The position numbers were made by a program, and so were the translations under genes. Under the pieces are notes generated by a model, which saw only the letters and a program-made list of their open reading frames with translations, had not been told where the DNA came from and did no database searches. This document shows positions 33,145 through 43,678 of a stretch of 52,007 nt of DNA, one piece after another. Numbering within the stretch: position 1 is the first letter of the stretch; each line of letters begins with the position of its first letter. The stretch comes from an uncultured Colwellia sp. (GTDB taxonomy: Bacteria; Pseudomonadota; Gammaproteobacteria; Enterobacterales; Alteromonadaceae): the NCBI GenBank assembly GCA_963933725.1, contig CAWVWK010000001.1:1-52007 (forward strand), written 5' to 3'.

Positions 33145-33927
33145 TTATACCACCTTGCACTGAATTAAATAACAACTAAAATCTAAAGCTCTTTGCCACT
33201 GCAATTCAAAATGAACAAGGAAATTCCCAAAAGTTAACCACATAATAATTAAACCTGTAACCATGGTGATAGGAAAACCTATAGCAAATATATTTAGCTG
33301 TGGCGCTGCCCTTGTCATAATCCCAAATGAAAAATTAATCAGAAGCATGGCGGTTAAAGGAGCTAGTGCAAGAGATAGTGCTGTAGCGAACATCCAACTA
33401 CCCCATTGGGCTATTTCGCGATACTTAATACTCGATAAAGCCTCTGAGCCTATAGGTAGTGTGTCAAAGCTCATCACAACAAATTGTAAGTAAGCTAGGT
33501 GGCCGTCCATTGCCCAAAAGAGTAACGAAGAAAGTATCAAGAAAAACTGCCCTACCGCAGGCACATTCATCCCACTAGTCGGGTCGACGAGTGAGGCAAA
33601 ACCAAGCCCTGATTGCATTGCTATAATTTGGCCTGCTAGCGTAAATGTATTAACAACCATAATGGTAACAAAACCAATAGATATACCAATAATGACTTGT
33701 TCTGCAATTAAAATAACAGTGTGGAGGGAAACTAGTGTTTCAAGTTGGGTTGCTGGTATTGCTGGCATAATAGCGATGGTCAGTGCCAGGCACAAAAATA
33801 ACTTTATTCTTGCTGGAATGGTTTTCGAGCCCAAACCGAACATCGTCATGACTAACGCTGACACCCTCGAAAAGGGAAGAATAAAATCAGCAAGATACTG
33901 ATTAATAATAGCTTCGTTAAACTCCAC
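33145..33927 (-). CDS. fliR: Flagellar export protein FliR
   Basis: AGQIIAMQSGLGFA, MDGHL and RAAPQLNIFAIGFP. Confidence 0.97.
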   Translation of the reverse strand: MEFNEAIINQYLADFILPFSRVSALVMTMFGLGSKTIPARIKLFLCLALTIAIMPAIPATQLETLVSLHTVILIAEQVIIGISIGFVTIMVVNTFTLAGQIIAMQSGLGFASLVDPTSGMNVPAVGQFFLILSSLLFWAMDGHLAYLQFVVMSFDTLPIGSEALSSIKYREIAQWGSWMFATALSLALAPLTAMLLINFSFGIMTRAAPQLNIFAIGFPITMVTGLIIMWLTFGNFLVHFELQWQRALDFSCYLIQCKVV

Positions 33928-34196
33928 TAGCTCACCAAATTTGGGATATTGCCAATAAGTCTGAAAGTAAAGTCCATTAGCTTTTGGACGAGCCAGTGAC
34001 CACCAATGATAAGTGCTAACAGTGTCACAATGAGTCTTGGTAGAAAACTTAATGTTTGCTCATTTATCGAGGTTGCAGCCTGAAAAACCGCGACAATCAA
34101 ACCCACACATAAACTTGGCACTATCACCGCACTAACCAGTAAAATAACAAGTAATAAGGCATCTCTTAATACATCAACAAAAACTTCAGGTTCCAT
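33927..34196 (-). CDS. fliQ: Flagellar export protein FliQ
   Basis: FQAATSINEQTLSFLPR. Confidence 0.98.
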   Translation of the reverse strand: MEPEVFVDVLRDALLLVILLVSAVIVPSLCVGLIVAVFQAATSINEQTLSFLPRLIVTLLALIIGGHWLVQKLMDFTFRLIGNIPNLVS

Positions 34197-34272
34197 AACA
34201 ATTCTCTTTTAACGGGTTTATAAATTTTAAATTTGCCAAGAATTTTATACTTACACTATTAAATTTAACGAG

Positions 34273-35037
34273 CTAAATTGTTCCCAAACTATAGCTCGTT
34301 GCAATCGTACCAATAACCAAATTCCAGCCATCAACTAAGACAAAAAGCATTAATTTAAAAGGCAAAGAAACAATCATCGGTGATAACATCATCATCCCCA
34401 TCGCCATTAAAATACTAGCCACAACCAGATCTAAAATGAGGAATGGGATAAACAAAATAAAACCTATTTGAAAAGCCGTTTTTAGTTCACTAATAATAAA
34501 AGCTGGAATAATGACAGTCATGGGTAAGTCTTCTGGTTTATCTACCATTTCCTCTCCTGCCATCGAGGCAAGTGTGTCAAGGTCTTTCAAACGAGTTTGA
34601 GCAAGCATAAACCGCCTAAGTGGGATAATCGCTTCATTGATAGCTTGAGTTGAAGTAAGTGACTTTTGCAGATATGGTTGAATGGCTGTTTCATCTACTT
34701 GCTTATATACAGGCGCCATAATGAAGAGCGTCATAAAAAGTGTAAGGCCAATAATAACTTGATTCGATGGGGTTTGTTGCAAGCCAAATGCTTGCCTTAA
34801 AATGGCTAAAATCACCACTATACGGGTAAACGAAGTCATCATAATAACAGCGGCAGGTATAAAACTAAGTGCTGTCATAAAAAGGAGTATTTGTAATGTG
34901 ACAGAATACTCCTGTGAGCCATCAGGGTTTGTAGTAAGGGTTAAGGCATTTAACGATAAATCATCTGCTGCAATAGCATTCGAAATACTCCCTAACGTTA
35001 TACAAATAAATAAAAAAGTAATAAAATTTTTCTTCAT
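34273..35037 (-). CDS. fliP: Flagellar export protein FliP
   Basis: MMTSFTRI, PAFIISELKTAFQIG and MGMMMLSP...SLPFK..LFVLVDGW. Confidence 0.98.
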   Translation of the reverse strand: MKKNFITFLFICITLGSISNAIAADDLSLNALTLTTNPDGSQEYSVTLQILLFMTALSFIPAAVIMMTSFTRIVVILAILRQAFGLQQTPSNQVIIGLTLFMTLFIMAPVYKQVDETAIQPYLQKSLTSTQAINEAIIPLRRFMLAQTRLKDLDTLASMAGEEMVDKPEDLPMTVIIPAFIISELKTAFQIGFILFIPFLILDLVVASILMAMGMMMLSPMIVSLPFKLMLFVLVDGWNLVIGTIATSYSLGTI

Positions 35038-35201
35038 GAATCCCTCTTAAAATATACAAGACGTTATATTTAGGGTCTATGGGTTCTTTCAGGTTAAAAG
35101 GCTGTTGCACTTGAAAATGAGCCAATAGCAGAGATTAAAATGAAAGATCTAAACCTAATCATGAGGGTAATAAATGGTATGAAACTAACCTAACTTAATC
35201 G

Positions 35202-35783
35202 CTACTTTTTGTGGTTAGAATGATAATCCGAGGTCTTTTTTTTGATTAACGATAAAACAGTACCTGCATCCAGTCGCTTTTGAGGAGGCGTTGTTGCTTT
35301 ACACAAACTGTCAACTTTATTTCTCTTTTCATTCACGGTTTTTTTCGTTTCTAACGTTTGCTTTAGTTTATCAATTACGGTTATTTGACCACTATTACTC
35401 GCACTATTGATACCTAGCAAAAACTGTTCCTTTCCTGCCTGTATGACAACCACTCGCTCTTTAGGTCCAAGAGACAATGTAGAGATTAATTTTAAATGTT
35501 CATTGCTTTGATGAACGATATTAAAACGCTTTAATAACAAAGCACAGAGCACGACAAGGCCAAGTACCATTGCTAAAGATAAAATCATGCTTGTGGCATC
35601 AATATTTGCCATCACATGCTGACCTACTTCAACATTTTTCGTGCTTGCACCATCACTTGTTTCTACTTGTTCGACAGCTAACAAGGGGGCTTTTTGTGCC
35701 CAAATTGGAGTACTCAAGCATAGCGTCAAAAAAATCACACTCGTTCTGTATAACCCAAAATTGTTTAGACTGAAAAGTGCCAT
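35202..35783 (-). CDS. fliO: Flagellar biogenesis protein FliO
   Basis: TM helix followed by LSLGPKERVVVIQAGKEQFLLGI. Lies between fliN and fliP. Confidence 0.9.
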   Translation of the reverse strand: MALFSLNNFGLYRTSVIFLTLCLSTPIWAQKAPLLAVEQVETSDGASTKNVEVGQHVMANIDATSMILSLAMVLGLVVLCALLLKRFNIVHQSNEHLKLISTLSLGPKERVVVIQAGKEQFLLGINSASNSGQITVIDKLKQTLETKKTVNEKRNKVDSLCKATTPPQKRLDAGTVLSLIKKKTSDYHSNHKK

Positions 35784-35793
35784 GTCACTCCCC

Positions 35794-36285
35794 TTACTTA
35801 AGCTTTTTAATACGTTCTACTTGTGAGATGACATCCGTTAACCTTATGCCAAATTTGTCATTGACTACGACAACTTCCCCATGAGCAATCAAAGTACCAT
35901 TTACCATAACATCAAGTGCTTCTCCGGCAACTCGGTCTAACTCAACAACAGAACCTTGATTTAATTGCAGTAAATTTCGAATACTTATTTTGCTTCGGCC
36001 AACTTCCATAGCAATGGTAACTGGAATATCTAAAATAGCATCAAGTTTTTTCTTTTCCTTTCCGGTTATAGGGGCATCTTCATCAAACGAGTCAAGCGTT
36101 ATAGCTTGTGCTTCATCGTGACTTTCGCATGACGAGGTACTATCAGTTTTTATCTCCTCAGCCGAGTTAACGGTATAACTTATTTCTCCTATATCTGACT
36201 CTGATGCTCCATCAACTGCGGCATCAGCTTGTTCATCTAATGCTTCATCCCACATACTTAAATCATCTTCATTTTCATCATTCAT
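35794..36285 (-). CDS. fliN: Flagellar motor switch protein FliN
   Basis: W.EAL.EQ N-terminus, ILDIPVTIAMEVGR and GEVVVVNDKFGIRLTD. Start at ATG 36285 or GTG 36294. Confidence 0.97.
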   Translation of the reverse strand: MNDENEDDLSMWDEALDEQADAAVDGASESDIGEISYTVNSAEEIKTDSTSSCESHDEAQAITLDSFDEDAPITGKEKKKLDAILDIPVTIAMEVGRSKISIRNLLQLNQGSVVELDRVAGEALDVMVNGTLIAHGEVVVVNDKFGIRLTDVISQVERIKKLK

Positions 36286-36351
36286 AAAGAACACCTCGTG
36301 TCTATATTCATTTTTATTATTGCTTCAAAATTTCTAGCCATAACGTTAAAT

Positions 36352-37410
36352 TTATAACTCATCTTCAAGTAATTGAAGTCCTGCATCACTGTCTAACCTT
36401 TTCCCACCTTTGGTTAAAATGGTTAATTCATTTTTCACCGACTCCGGTCGTGGAATTTTAGACTCAACCTGTAATGCTAAATTTTCTCTGCTTCTGCCTA
36501 ACTTAGATCTAAAGGTTGGTAAGTCTTCTACTAAAATCGTCACATGTTCCGGCATTTCAATTGGAATAATATCACCCGCTTTAAGCTCCATAACTTGATT
36601 CAATGGAATATCCGTTTCAATAAACCTTGTATTTAAGTTCACTGGAACATCCATAATTTCATCTCTTAAGGCTTTAGACCAACGCATATCTGTATCTTCT
36701 TTATCTGATTGAACACCTGCATCAAGTAACTCTCTAATAGGCTCGAGCATAGAATATGGTAAAGCAATGTGGAAATCTCCTCCGCCTCCATCTAGCTCAA
36801 TATGAAAAGAGCTAATAACAACGACTTCGGTCGGGCTGACAATATTTGCCATGGAGGGGTTTACTTCTGAATCAAGGTACTCAAAAGAGGCATCCATAAC
36901 TGGGGACCAAGCTTCTTTGTAATCTTCAAATACAAGTTTCAATAACATTTGGATAATTCTTCTCTCTGTTGGAGTAAATTCCCGCCCCTCTATTTTTGCA
37001 TGGTATCGTCCATCTCCACCAAAAAAATTATCAACGAGAATAAAAACAAGTCGAGCCTCCATCGTTATTAAACCGGTCCCTTTCAAGGGACGAAAACGAA
37101 CCATATTTAAACTTGTTGGTACAAATAAGGTGTGAACATACTCTCCAAATTTGATCATTTGAATACCATTAATTGACACTTCAGCTGTTCTTCTCATCAT
37201 GTTGAACAAACTGATACGCATATGCCTAGCAAAACGCTCATTAACCATTTCAAGGGTTGGCATTCGACCACGCACAATTCGATCTTGTGATGAGAAGTCA
37301 TAATCTGAAGTGTTACCTTTTTCTTGTGATAACTCTTCTATCTCTTCTTCAACATCATCAACACCGTGTAATAAAGCGTCAATTTCATCTTGTGATAATA
37401 AGTCACTCAC
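36352..37410 (-). CDS. fliM: Flagellar motor switch protein FliM
   Basis: CheY-binding LSQDEIDALL, FFGGDG and REFTPTE. Confidence 0.98.
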   Translation of the reverse strand: MSDLLSQDEIDALLHGVDDVEEEIEELSQEKGNTSDYDFSSQDRIVRGRMPTLEMVNERFARHMRISLFNMMRRTAEVSINGIQMIKFGEYVHTLFVPTSLNMVRFRPLKGTGLITMEARLVFILVDNFFGGDGRYHAKIEGREFTPTERRIIQMLLKLVFEDYKEAWSPVMDASFEYLDSEVNPSMANIVSPTEVVVISSFHIELDGGGGDFHIALPYSMLEPIRELLDAGVQSDKEDTDMRWSKALRDEIMDVPVNLNTRFIETDIPLNQVMELKAGDIIPIEMPEHVTILVEDLPTFRSKLGRSRENLALQVESKIPRPESVKNELTILTKGGKRLDSDAGLQLLEDEL

Positions 37411-37463
37411 TTAGCATTCTCTTCTCATTAGGTCGTTAATCAATGTAAAGTTTTAAGATCTCT

Positions 37464-38033
37464 TTATTGCATTACGAAACCGGTAAATAAAACTTTCTCT
37501 ACTAAATTTTTACTTTCTACATCTTGCATGTTTTCTTGAATTGCGATTAAAGACTCTTGCTTCAAAGATTCTTTACCTGCTTTTGTCATTAAGTTCTCAG
37601 CGGTCATTTCAGAAAAAACACTTAAAAGAGTACTCTCGATCAAAGGGATATGTTTTTTAGTTAACTCTCCATCTTCAGCGCCTCTAATAAGTAACTGTAC
37701 GCGAATTTCGACTAGCCTATCTTTAGAATTACCTGGCACATTAAATCTAAAGGGCTTTGGCATAGGTACGTATGTAGCATTACCAAGCTTTGCATCAAGA
37801 TCTCTCTCACTGAGGTTTAATTGATTACTTTCACCATTTTCATTGCCAGTACTTTGAGCTGTATTATTTTCTATATATTCTTTAGTATCGTTGAAGAAAA
37901 AAAAGTAAGCTCCAGCTGCGCCCCCTAATAAAATAACAATAGCAACTAAAATTAGGATTATTTTTTTCTTATTTCGCCCCCCTGCCTCTTTTTCATTTAC
38001 TTCTTTGTCTTGTGCTTTTTGTTCTTTAGCCAT
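37464..38033 (-). CDS. fliL: Flagellar basal body protein FliL
   Basis: N-terminal TM helix, YVPMPKPFRFN and C-terminal VLFTGFVMQ. Confidence 0.93.
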   Translation of the reverse strand: MAKEQKAQDKEVNEKEAGGRNKKKIILILVAIVILLGGAAGAYFFFFNDTKEYIENNTAQSTGNENGESNQLNLSERDLDAKLGNATYVPMPKPFRFNVPGNSKDRLVEIRVQLLIRGAEDGELTKKHIPLIESTLLSVFSEMTAENLMTKAGKESLKQESLIAIQENMQDVESKNLVEKVLFTGFVMQ

Positions 38034-38122
38034 TCGACTCCCTCAATGTATTAACATGCTATAAAAGTAAAAATAAAACTAACCTAAAGTGTTTAACTTA
38101 TTAATTTTCAATATCCTTTAGT

Positions 38123-39805
38123 TTAAGCATAGTAATCAATTCCATTTATTTCCTTATTAAATGCATTTGCAGAAAAACTTAATAACTCTATTTCTTCTTC
38201 ACTTGATTCACCTATTTGAGCTGTCTCTAGGATTGAACTATCTGAAGTATGTTGTTGCTCGGCATCATTTCCTTGCTCTACATTAGTTTCAACTAAGTCC
38301 ATCCCTTCTTGAGCCAGCATTTCCTTCAATTTATTCATGCTTGTCTCAAGCATATCCTTTGTACTGGTATTATTAACGGTAAAATTAACTGCAGCTTGCT
38401 CACCTTGAAGATTAACCCTGACTTGTACATTTCCAAGTTCAGGTGGATCGAGATTTATTTCAAATCGTTGCAATTTCTGGGAAATAACAACCATGATTTT
38501 ATCTTTAACAGCTTGGGCAAAATCTTGCCTTAAAACTGAAATAGTTTCTTGATGAAGTTGGCCAGTGCCCACTTTAGTAGCCCCTATCTCATTCATATTA
38601 TTTGACATATTGATGAGGTTATTTTGAATAGCTGCTTCTGTGGTTTTGTAGGTGTTTTCTTTACGTGCTCTTTCTATGCTTATTTCACCTTTTAATGTAT
38701 TTTCAAACAAACTTAAAGGCTTAATGGATGGGTTAATTTGCTCGGTTGTAATTATTTGCTGGCTGTCACTTTTAGATACACTATTTAAGCTTTGTGAATT
38801 TGAAAAGTTCAAGTTATTCGCTCTTAGCTCTTTATTCTTATAGGATTCACTTTCTAATTGTTTATTCGTTTTTTCTTCATCTTTTTCAAAAAAATTATGC
38901 AACCTTCCATTATCTGTAAACACATTATTTCCGGCTTTTGCAGAGCCATTTGGAGTTTCTATTTCTTGTTCATTAAGCGCTTTCAAAGACTCCCTTTGAT
39001 ATTGCTCTTGTTGTAAAGCAGCCCTCTCATTAATTCCCCCTTTTAACACCTGCTCCTTAACGGACTCTTCGAAGGTGTTTTTGTTGCTTTCGTTAAACTG
39101 CCCTGTTTTGACCAAGCTACTATTTTCAGCTTCAAAGGTATTATTCCCCATTAACTCTTTGTCACCGCGCGCAGTTGGTAAATTAGCTATTTGAGTGTGA
39201 TTTGCAAATACCTTTTCAATTTCATTGCCCAAACTAAATTTTTGATCAGCTCCTGATTTAATTTGATCAAGTTTTAAGCTGAGTTTTACTTTTTCCGCCT
39301 CATCTTGAGCCATTGCTTGTGTATTAGTCTTAGGGGGATTTTCATTCACCTGTAATTCACTCTCATTTACAAGCACCTTATTTGCATTATCAAGCAGCAT
39401 AATAAGCTGTTCAGATTGAGCCTCGTCATCTGTAATACTACTATTAATTTGATTGCCGCTACCGGCAAGTTCTTGCTCTAGCACCGAATCGTCTTCTTTT
39501 CCATTTGATTTCTCATGCTTTTTATTAAGCATTACCGACTGAGCATCCTTTATATTGTTCGCTAGTTTCTGTTCTCTCGCTGGCGTAGTATTATTTGTTA
39601 TACTTGTTCTACTATACTTATCACCAGCTGCTGATGGATTATTTTTATTTATCTGTTTTTCAATAGTTTGAGCGAAACTTTTCCGTGATGACCGATGTTC
39701 CCCTCTATTATCAGTTGATTCTTTTTGATTAGATTTATTCGATTGAAAATCATGAGTTTCAATCTCATTTTTAAGCATAAAAGCTGTTAAATTAAATTGT
39801 TGCAT
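38123..39805 (-). CDS. fliK: Flagellar hook-length control protein FliK
   Basis: Low-complexity N-terminus, C-terminal INLDPPELGNVQVRV and terminal GIDYYA. Confidence 0.92.
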   Translation of the reverse strand: MQQFNLTAFMLKNEIETHDFQSNKSNQKESTDNRGEHRSSRKSFAQTIEKQINKNNPSAAGDKYSRTSITNNTTPAREQKLANNIKDAQSVMLNKKHEKSNGKEDDSVLEQELAGSGNQINSSITDDEAQSEQLIMLLDNANKVLVNESELQVNENPPKTNTQAMAQDEAEKVKLSLKLDQIKSGADQKFSLGNEIEKVFANHTQIANLPTARGDKELMGNNTFEAENSSLVKTGQFNESNKNTFEESVKEQVLKGGINERAALQQEQYQRESLKALNEQEIETPNGSAKAGNNVFTDNGRLHNFFEKDEEKTNKQLESESYKNKELRANNLNFSNSQSLNSVSKSDSQQIITTEQINPSIKPLSLFENTLKGEISIERARKENTYKTTEAAIQNNLINMSNNMNEIGATKVGTGQLHQETISVLRQDFAQAVKDKIMVVISQKLQRFEINLDPPELGNVQVRVNLQGEQAAVNFTVNNTSTKDMLETSMNKLKEMLAQEGMDLVETNVEQGNDAEQQHTSDSSILETAQIGESSEEEIELLSFSANAFNKEINGIDYYA

Positions 39806-39874
39806 AAGTGTCCTTAGATACCTGCATTGATTAATCTTTTGATTAATGAAATGTCTGCGCTATTAATCTAACAA

Positions 39875-39889
39875 GCAAAAAATATTCCA
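39875..39889 (-). promoter_or_regulatory. sigma54 promoter of fliK
   Basis: Minus strand TGGAATATTTTTTGC with GG-N10-GC spacing. Confidence 0.75.
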
Positions 39890-39908
39890 TCTTCTAAATA
39901 CAAAGCCC

Positions 39909-40370
39909 TTAAAATCTCGTTTTTTTCCTTCTCTGAAATTGTTGACTAGCCATCTCATCAAATAACTTTTGCTCTTGTTGTTGTGATTTTCGGGAAATTT
40001 TTTGATGTCGTTTATCAAGAAGGTGCTCAATCATTTGGACTTTTCTTTTTTGTTCTAACCAGTTTTTTTTACTGTGTTCTGATAGAGCTTGTGCTTGATG
40101 CATAGCAATTTTCACCTGCTCTGCTGCATTATCAAGTTTAGAGACAAAAGCGAGATAATGGTTGTATGTCATGGTATCTATTCCCTTAAGAGAGCGTGCA
40201 CTTAATTGTTTCATATACTCTAATCGATAGGAACTGACTGCTGACAACCGTCCCATATTTTCTTTCACTTGCTGTTCTGCTTCAGATAATTTTTTTGTCG
40301 CTCTTCGCTCTCTGTCTTGTTCAAATTTGAGAAGTGTTTCAAGTTGCTTTGTTTCTTTAAAGGATGTCAT
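39909..40370 (-). CDS. fliJ: Flagellar export protein FliJ
   Basis: Helical, YRLEY, FVSKLD, W.EQKRK and EQKLFDE. Lies between fliI and fliK. Confidence 0.9.
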   Translation of the reverse strand: MTSFKETKQLETLLKFEQDRERRATKKLSEAEQQVKENMGRLSAVSSYRLEYMKQLSARSLKGIDTMTYNHYLAFVSKLDNAAEQVKIAMHQAQALSEHSKKNWLEQKRKVQMIEHLLDKRHQKISRKSQQQEQKLFDEMASQQFQRRKKTRF

Positions 40371-40372
40371 CT

Positions 40373-41779
40373 TCAACTTCCCACACGATTAACTTGCCCT
40401 GGTTCATTTTGTACTTGAGCTGAACTATCTTGTGATTGTCTTGCTTGAGAAGCTGCAATTATCTCACCTAGCTGTTCAATGCTTTGTTGATAAGGGATCA
40501 CCTCGTCCGTTTGTTGCTGTAAAAAAAAGTCAATAACAGGCTGTACGCTAATCGCATGATCAAGCCTAGGATCATTTCCATGGGTATAGGCACCGATTGA
40601 AATAAGGTCTTTATTTTTTTGATACAGCGAATATATTTGCTTTAATTGGCGCGCTAATTGTTGATGTTCAGCAGTGGTTACCATCGGCATCACTCTAGAT
40701 ATTGAGGCTTCTATGTCTATTGCAGGATAATGACCAGACTCGGCTAACTCTCTTGACAAGACAACATGTCCATCAAGTATCGCTCTGGCAGCATCAGCGA
40801 TTGGGTCCAGTAAATCATCCCCTTCTGTAAGTACAGTGTAAAAAGCTGTAATCGAACCTCCTTCTTTTCCTCCATTACCCGCTCTTTCGACTAATTGCGG
40901 TAGCTTTGAAAAAACGGAAGGCGGATACCCTTTTGTAGCGGGTGGCTCCCCTACCGCTAAAGCTATTTCACGTTGTGCTTGTGCGTATCGTGTTAAAGAA
41001 TCAAGTAGAAGTAATACATTAAAGCCTTTATCTCGAAAGTATTCACTGATTTGTACTGCGCTTTCGCAACCTTTTAAGCGCATTAACGGAGAATTGTCTG
41101 CAGGTGCAGCAACAATAACCGAGCGCTTTAAACCCTCTTCGCCAAGGATTTCTTCAATGAACTCTTTTACTTCTCTGCCACGTTCACCGACTAAGCCAAC
41201 CACAATCACATCTGCGGTGGTGCCATGAGTCATCATTCCCATTAATACACTTTTACCAACCCCCGACCCCGCAAATAGCCCCATGCGTTGACCCTTTCCT
41301 ATTGTAAGGAAACTATTAATACATCGAACCCCTACATCTAAAGGCTCTGAAATGGCTCTTCTTGATAAGGGATTAATGGGACGAGAATCTAGCACATAAT
41401 CTTTTTCTGTAATTTTTATAGGCCCTTTATCATCCATAGGCTTGCCAACACCGTTAATAATCCGGCCTAATAAACCATGCGTTAAGGGAAGTTGATGTTT
41501 ACTCGAAATAGGCAAAACACTAGCACCAGGTAATACGCCCTGTAAGCTTTCTTCAGGCATGAGGTAAGTAATATCATTGGAGAACCCTACAATCTCAGCC
41601 AACAAATTTCCTTGCATGGTCTCGACTAAGCACTGACTACCTATGTGAGCTTTTACGCCAACTGCTTCTAGTGTCAGACCTACAACACGAACTAACCGCC
41701 CTGCTATTGCGTTTTTAAAAGGTTGGATATAGGTTTGTGTTTTTTGTAAACGCTCACAGAGCTTATTGCTATCAACCAT
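40373..41779 (-). CDS. fliI: Flagellar export ATPase FliI
   Basis: Walker [25 protein letters not shown] and [12 protein letters not shown]. Confidence 0.98.
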   Translation of the reverse strand: MVDSNKLCERLQKTQTYIQPFKNAIAGRLVRVVGLTLEAVGVKAHIGSQCLVETMQGNLLAEIVGFSNDITYLMPEESLQGVLPGASVLPISSKHQLPLTHGLLGRIINGVGKPMDDKGPIKITEKDYVLDSRPINPLSRRAISEPLDVGVRCINSFLTIGKGQRMGLFAGSGVGKSVLMGMMTHGTTADVIVVGLVGERGREVKEFIEEILGEEGLKRSVIVAAPADNSPLMRLKGCESAVQISEYFRDKGFNVLLLLDSLTRYAQAQREIALAVGEPPATKGYPPSVFSKLPQLVERAGNGGKEGGSITAFYTVLTEGDDLLDPIADAARAILDGHVVLSRELAESGHYPAIDIEASISRVMPMVTTAEHQQLARQLKQIYSLYQKNKDLISIGAYTHGNDPRLDHAISVQPVIDFFLQQQTDEVIPYQQSIEQLGEIIAASQARQSQDSSAQVQNEPGQVNRVGS

Positions 41780-42569
41780 GATGCAAGGCTTCTTGTAGGA
41801 ATTTAGTCAAAACGTCTTTCAGTTTTGATTTTATTTGAAGATCTATTGTCGATACACTATTCTCTATTTGGCATCCACCTCTATCTAACTGAGGTGCTGG
41901 CAGAAGTCGCCAACCGTTTTCTTTAACATGCTTTTCACCAAATAGCTCTTCTACAATTTTTATATCGTCAGGGTGGAGTAAGATTTGTGTTTCACTTTCA
42001 TTACTTGGAAGTGACTTAATACCTTGAGTAAGCGCTGACATAAGAATATTTGGATTTGTTTTTGCTTCCTCTAATACCACCGCTTCTGTTAGTTCAACAA
42101 CCAAGTGCAGTAACTGTTCTTCAACATTTTTGTCCACATTGGCAAGAGGTTCGTGTAATTGTTCAATAATTTTCTCCCAAGACTGGCTTAAGGTGTCTAT
42201 TTCCTCTTTACCCGCTTCAATACCTTCCTTTTTTCCTTGTTCAAATCCTTCTTCTTGGCCTTCTTTAAAGCCACTAGCTTTCCCTTCCTGATACCCATTG
42301 GAAAAACCATCCTCTTTACCTTGAGTGAAGCCTTCTTCATGGGCGGCTTGACGTATTTCATCAATTTGCTGAACTGTTAATGCTATGGGCTCTTCTTCAA
42401 TAGTCTCTTCTGGTGGCTCGAATCGCCATTGTGCTTTTTTCCCAAATGCGTTAGTTTTATCTTTTTCAGTTAATGCTTCATTTTCAACTTCAGGTAATGG
42501 CCACACATCAACCTCTTCTATCTCTGAAGCACTAAATGGAGAACTAGGCACCAACGATTTACTTTTCAA
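41772..42569 (-). CDS. fliH: Flagellar assembly protein FliH
   Basis: GxxxG repeats ([19 protein letters not shown]...), LHPDD and GGCQIE. Confidence 0.95.
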   Translation of the reverse strand: MKSKSLVPSSPFSASEIEEVDVWPLPEVENEALTEKDKTNAFGKKAQWRFEPPEETIEEEPIALTVQQIDEIRQAAHEEGFTQGKEDGFSNGYQEGKASGFKEGQEEGFEQGKKEGIEAGKEEIDTLSQSWEKIIEQLHEPLANVDKNVEEQLLHLVVELTEAVVLEEAKTNPNILMSALTQGIKSLPSNESETQILLHPDDIKIVEELFGEKHVKENGWRLLPAPQLDRGGCQIENSVSTIDLQIKSKLKDVLTKFLQEALHHG

Positions 42570-42631
42570 TGAAATATCCTACTTCTCTGTTCGAAAAGAA
42601 AACTACATAAATTAAAAAAAATAATTTACAA

Positions 42632-43678
42632 CTATAAGAATTCATCGCCAGCTCCACCGCCAAGCATAATTTCACCAGAATCTGAAAGTCGTCTTGCTAC
42701 AGCTAACATTTCTTTTTGAGCTGCTTCAACTTCACTCAGACGCACAGGTCCCATTGCTTCTATGTCATCAAGAAGCATGTCGGCTGCTCGTTTAGACATG
42801 TTTTTAAGTATTTTTTCTTTAAGCTCTTCGTCGGCGCCTTTAATTGCTTTCATTAAGGCTTCTTGTTGAACTTCACGTAAAATCGCTTGAATACCTCTAT
42901 CATCTACTTCAGCTAGGTTTTCAAACACAAACATTAAATCTTGGATTTGCTGACTCATTTCTTCATCGTTTTCTCGAATAGAGTCCATTAAAACACCTTC
43001 AATATTGGTATCTAAGTAGTTCATGATATCTGCTGCTGCCTTTAAACCACCCATTTTTGCTGCCTGCGCCCCTGCTTGACCAGCAAACTGTTTTTCCATT
43101 ATTTCATTTAATTCTTGCAACGCAGCAGGTTGAACTTCTTCTAAATTCGCTATTCTCATCATCAAATCCAAACGGACTTTATCTGGAAATTGCCCCATTA
43201 TTTCGGCTGATTGTTCAGCAGCTAGATAGGATAATACAATAGTTTGAATTTGAGGATGTTCATTACGGATAATGTTGGCTACTTGTTTGGAGTCCATCCA
43301 TTTTAAAGAATCTAAACCTTTCGCAGCTCCCCCCATCACAATTTGGTCGATGAGATTACCTGCTTTGTCTTCACCTAACGCTGCGGTTAATGCTTTTCTT
43401 ACAAACTCTTCACTTTGAAAACCAATAGTTGAGAAATTCTGTATTTCTTGAATAAAAAGTTTGTGAACGGCTGTAATTTTTTCTTGAGTAAAATCTTCCA
43501 TTGCCGCCATCACAGTTCCGACTTGCTGAACTTGCTTAGGTTCAAGGTACTTTAATATCTGTGCAGCATCTTCCTCTGACAAACTAAGTAATAATATAGC
43601 CGCTTTTTCTGCTCCTTCGAGTTTATCGACATCAAACCCAGAAGAAATATCTGCAAGCTCAGTTACTTGATCACTCAT
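42632..43678 (-). CDS. fliG: Flagellar motor switch protein FliG
   Basis: KAAILLL, EHPQ, MFVFE and NMSKRAA. ATG 43678 overlaps the fliF stop (ATGA). Confidence 0.98.
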   Translation of the reverse strand: MSDQVTELADISSGFDVDKLEGAEKAAILLLSLSEEDAAQILKYLEPKQVQQVGTVMAAMEDFTQEKITAVHKLFIQEIQNFSTIGFQSEEFVRKALTAALGEDKAGNLIDQIVMGGAAKGLDSLKWMDSKQVANIIRNEHPQIQTIVLSYLAAEQSAEIMGQFPDKVRLDLMMRIANLEEVQPAALQELNEIMEKQFAGQAGAQAAKMGGLKAAADIMNYLDTNIEGVLMDSIRENDEEMSQQIQDLMFVFENLAEVDDRGIQAILREVQQEALMKAIKGADEELKEKILKNMSKRAADMLLDDIEAMGPVRLSEVEAAQKEMLAVARRLSDSGEIMLGGGAGDEFL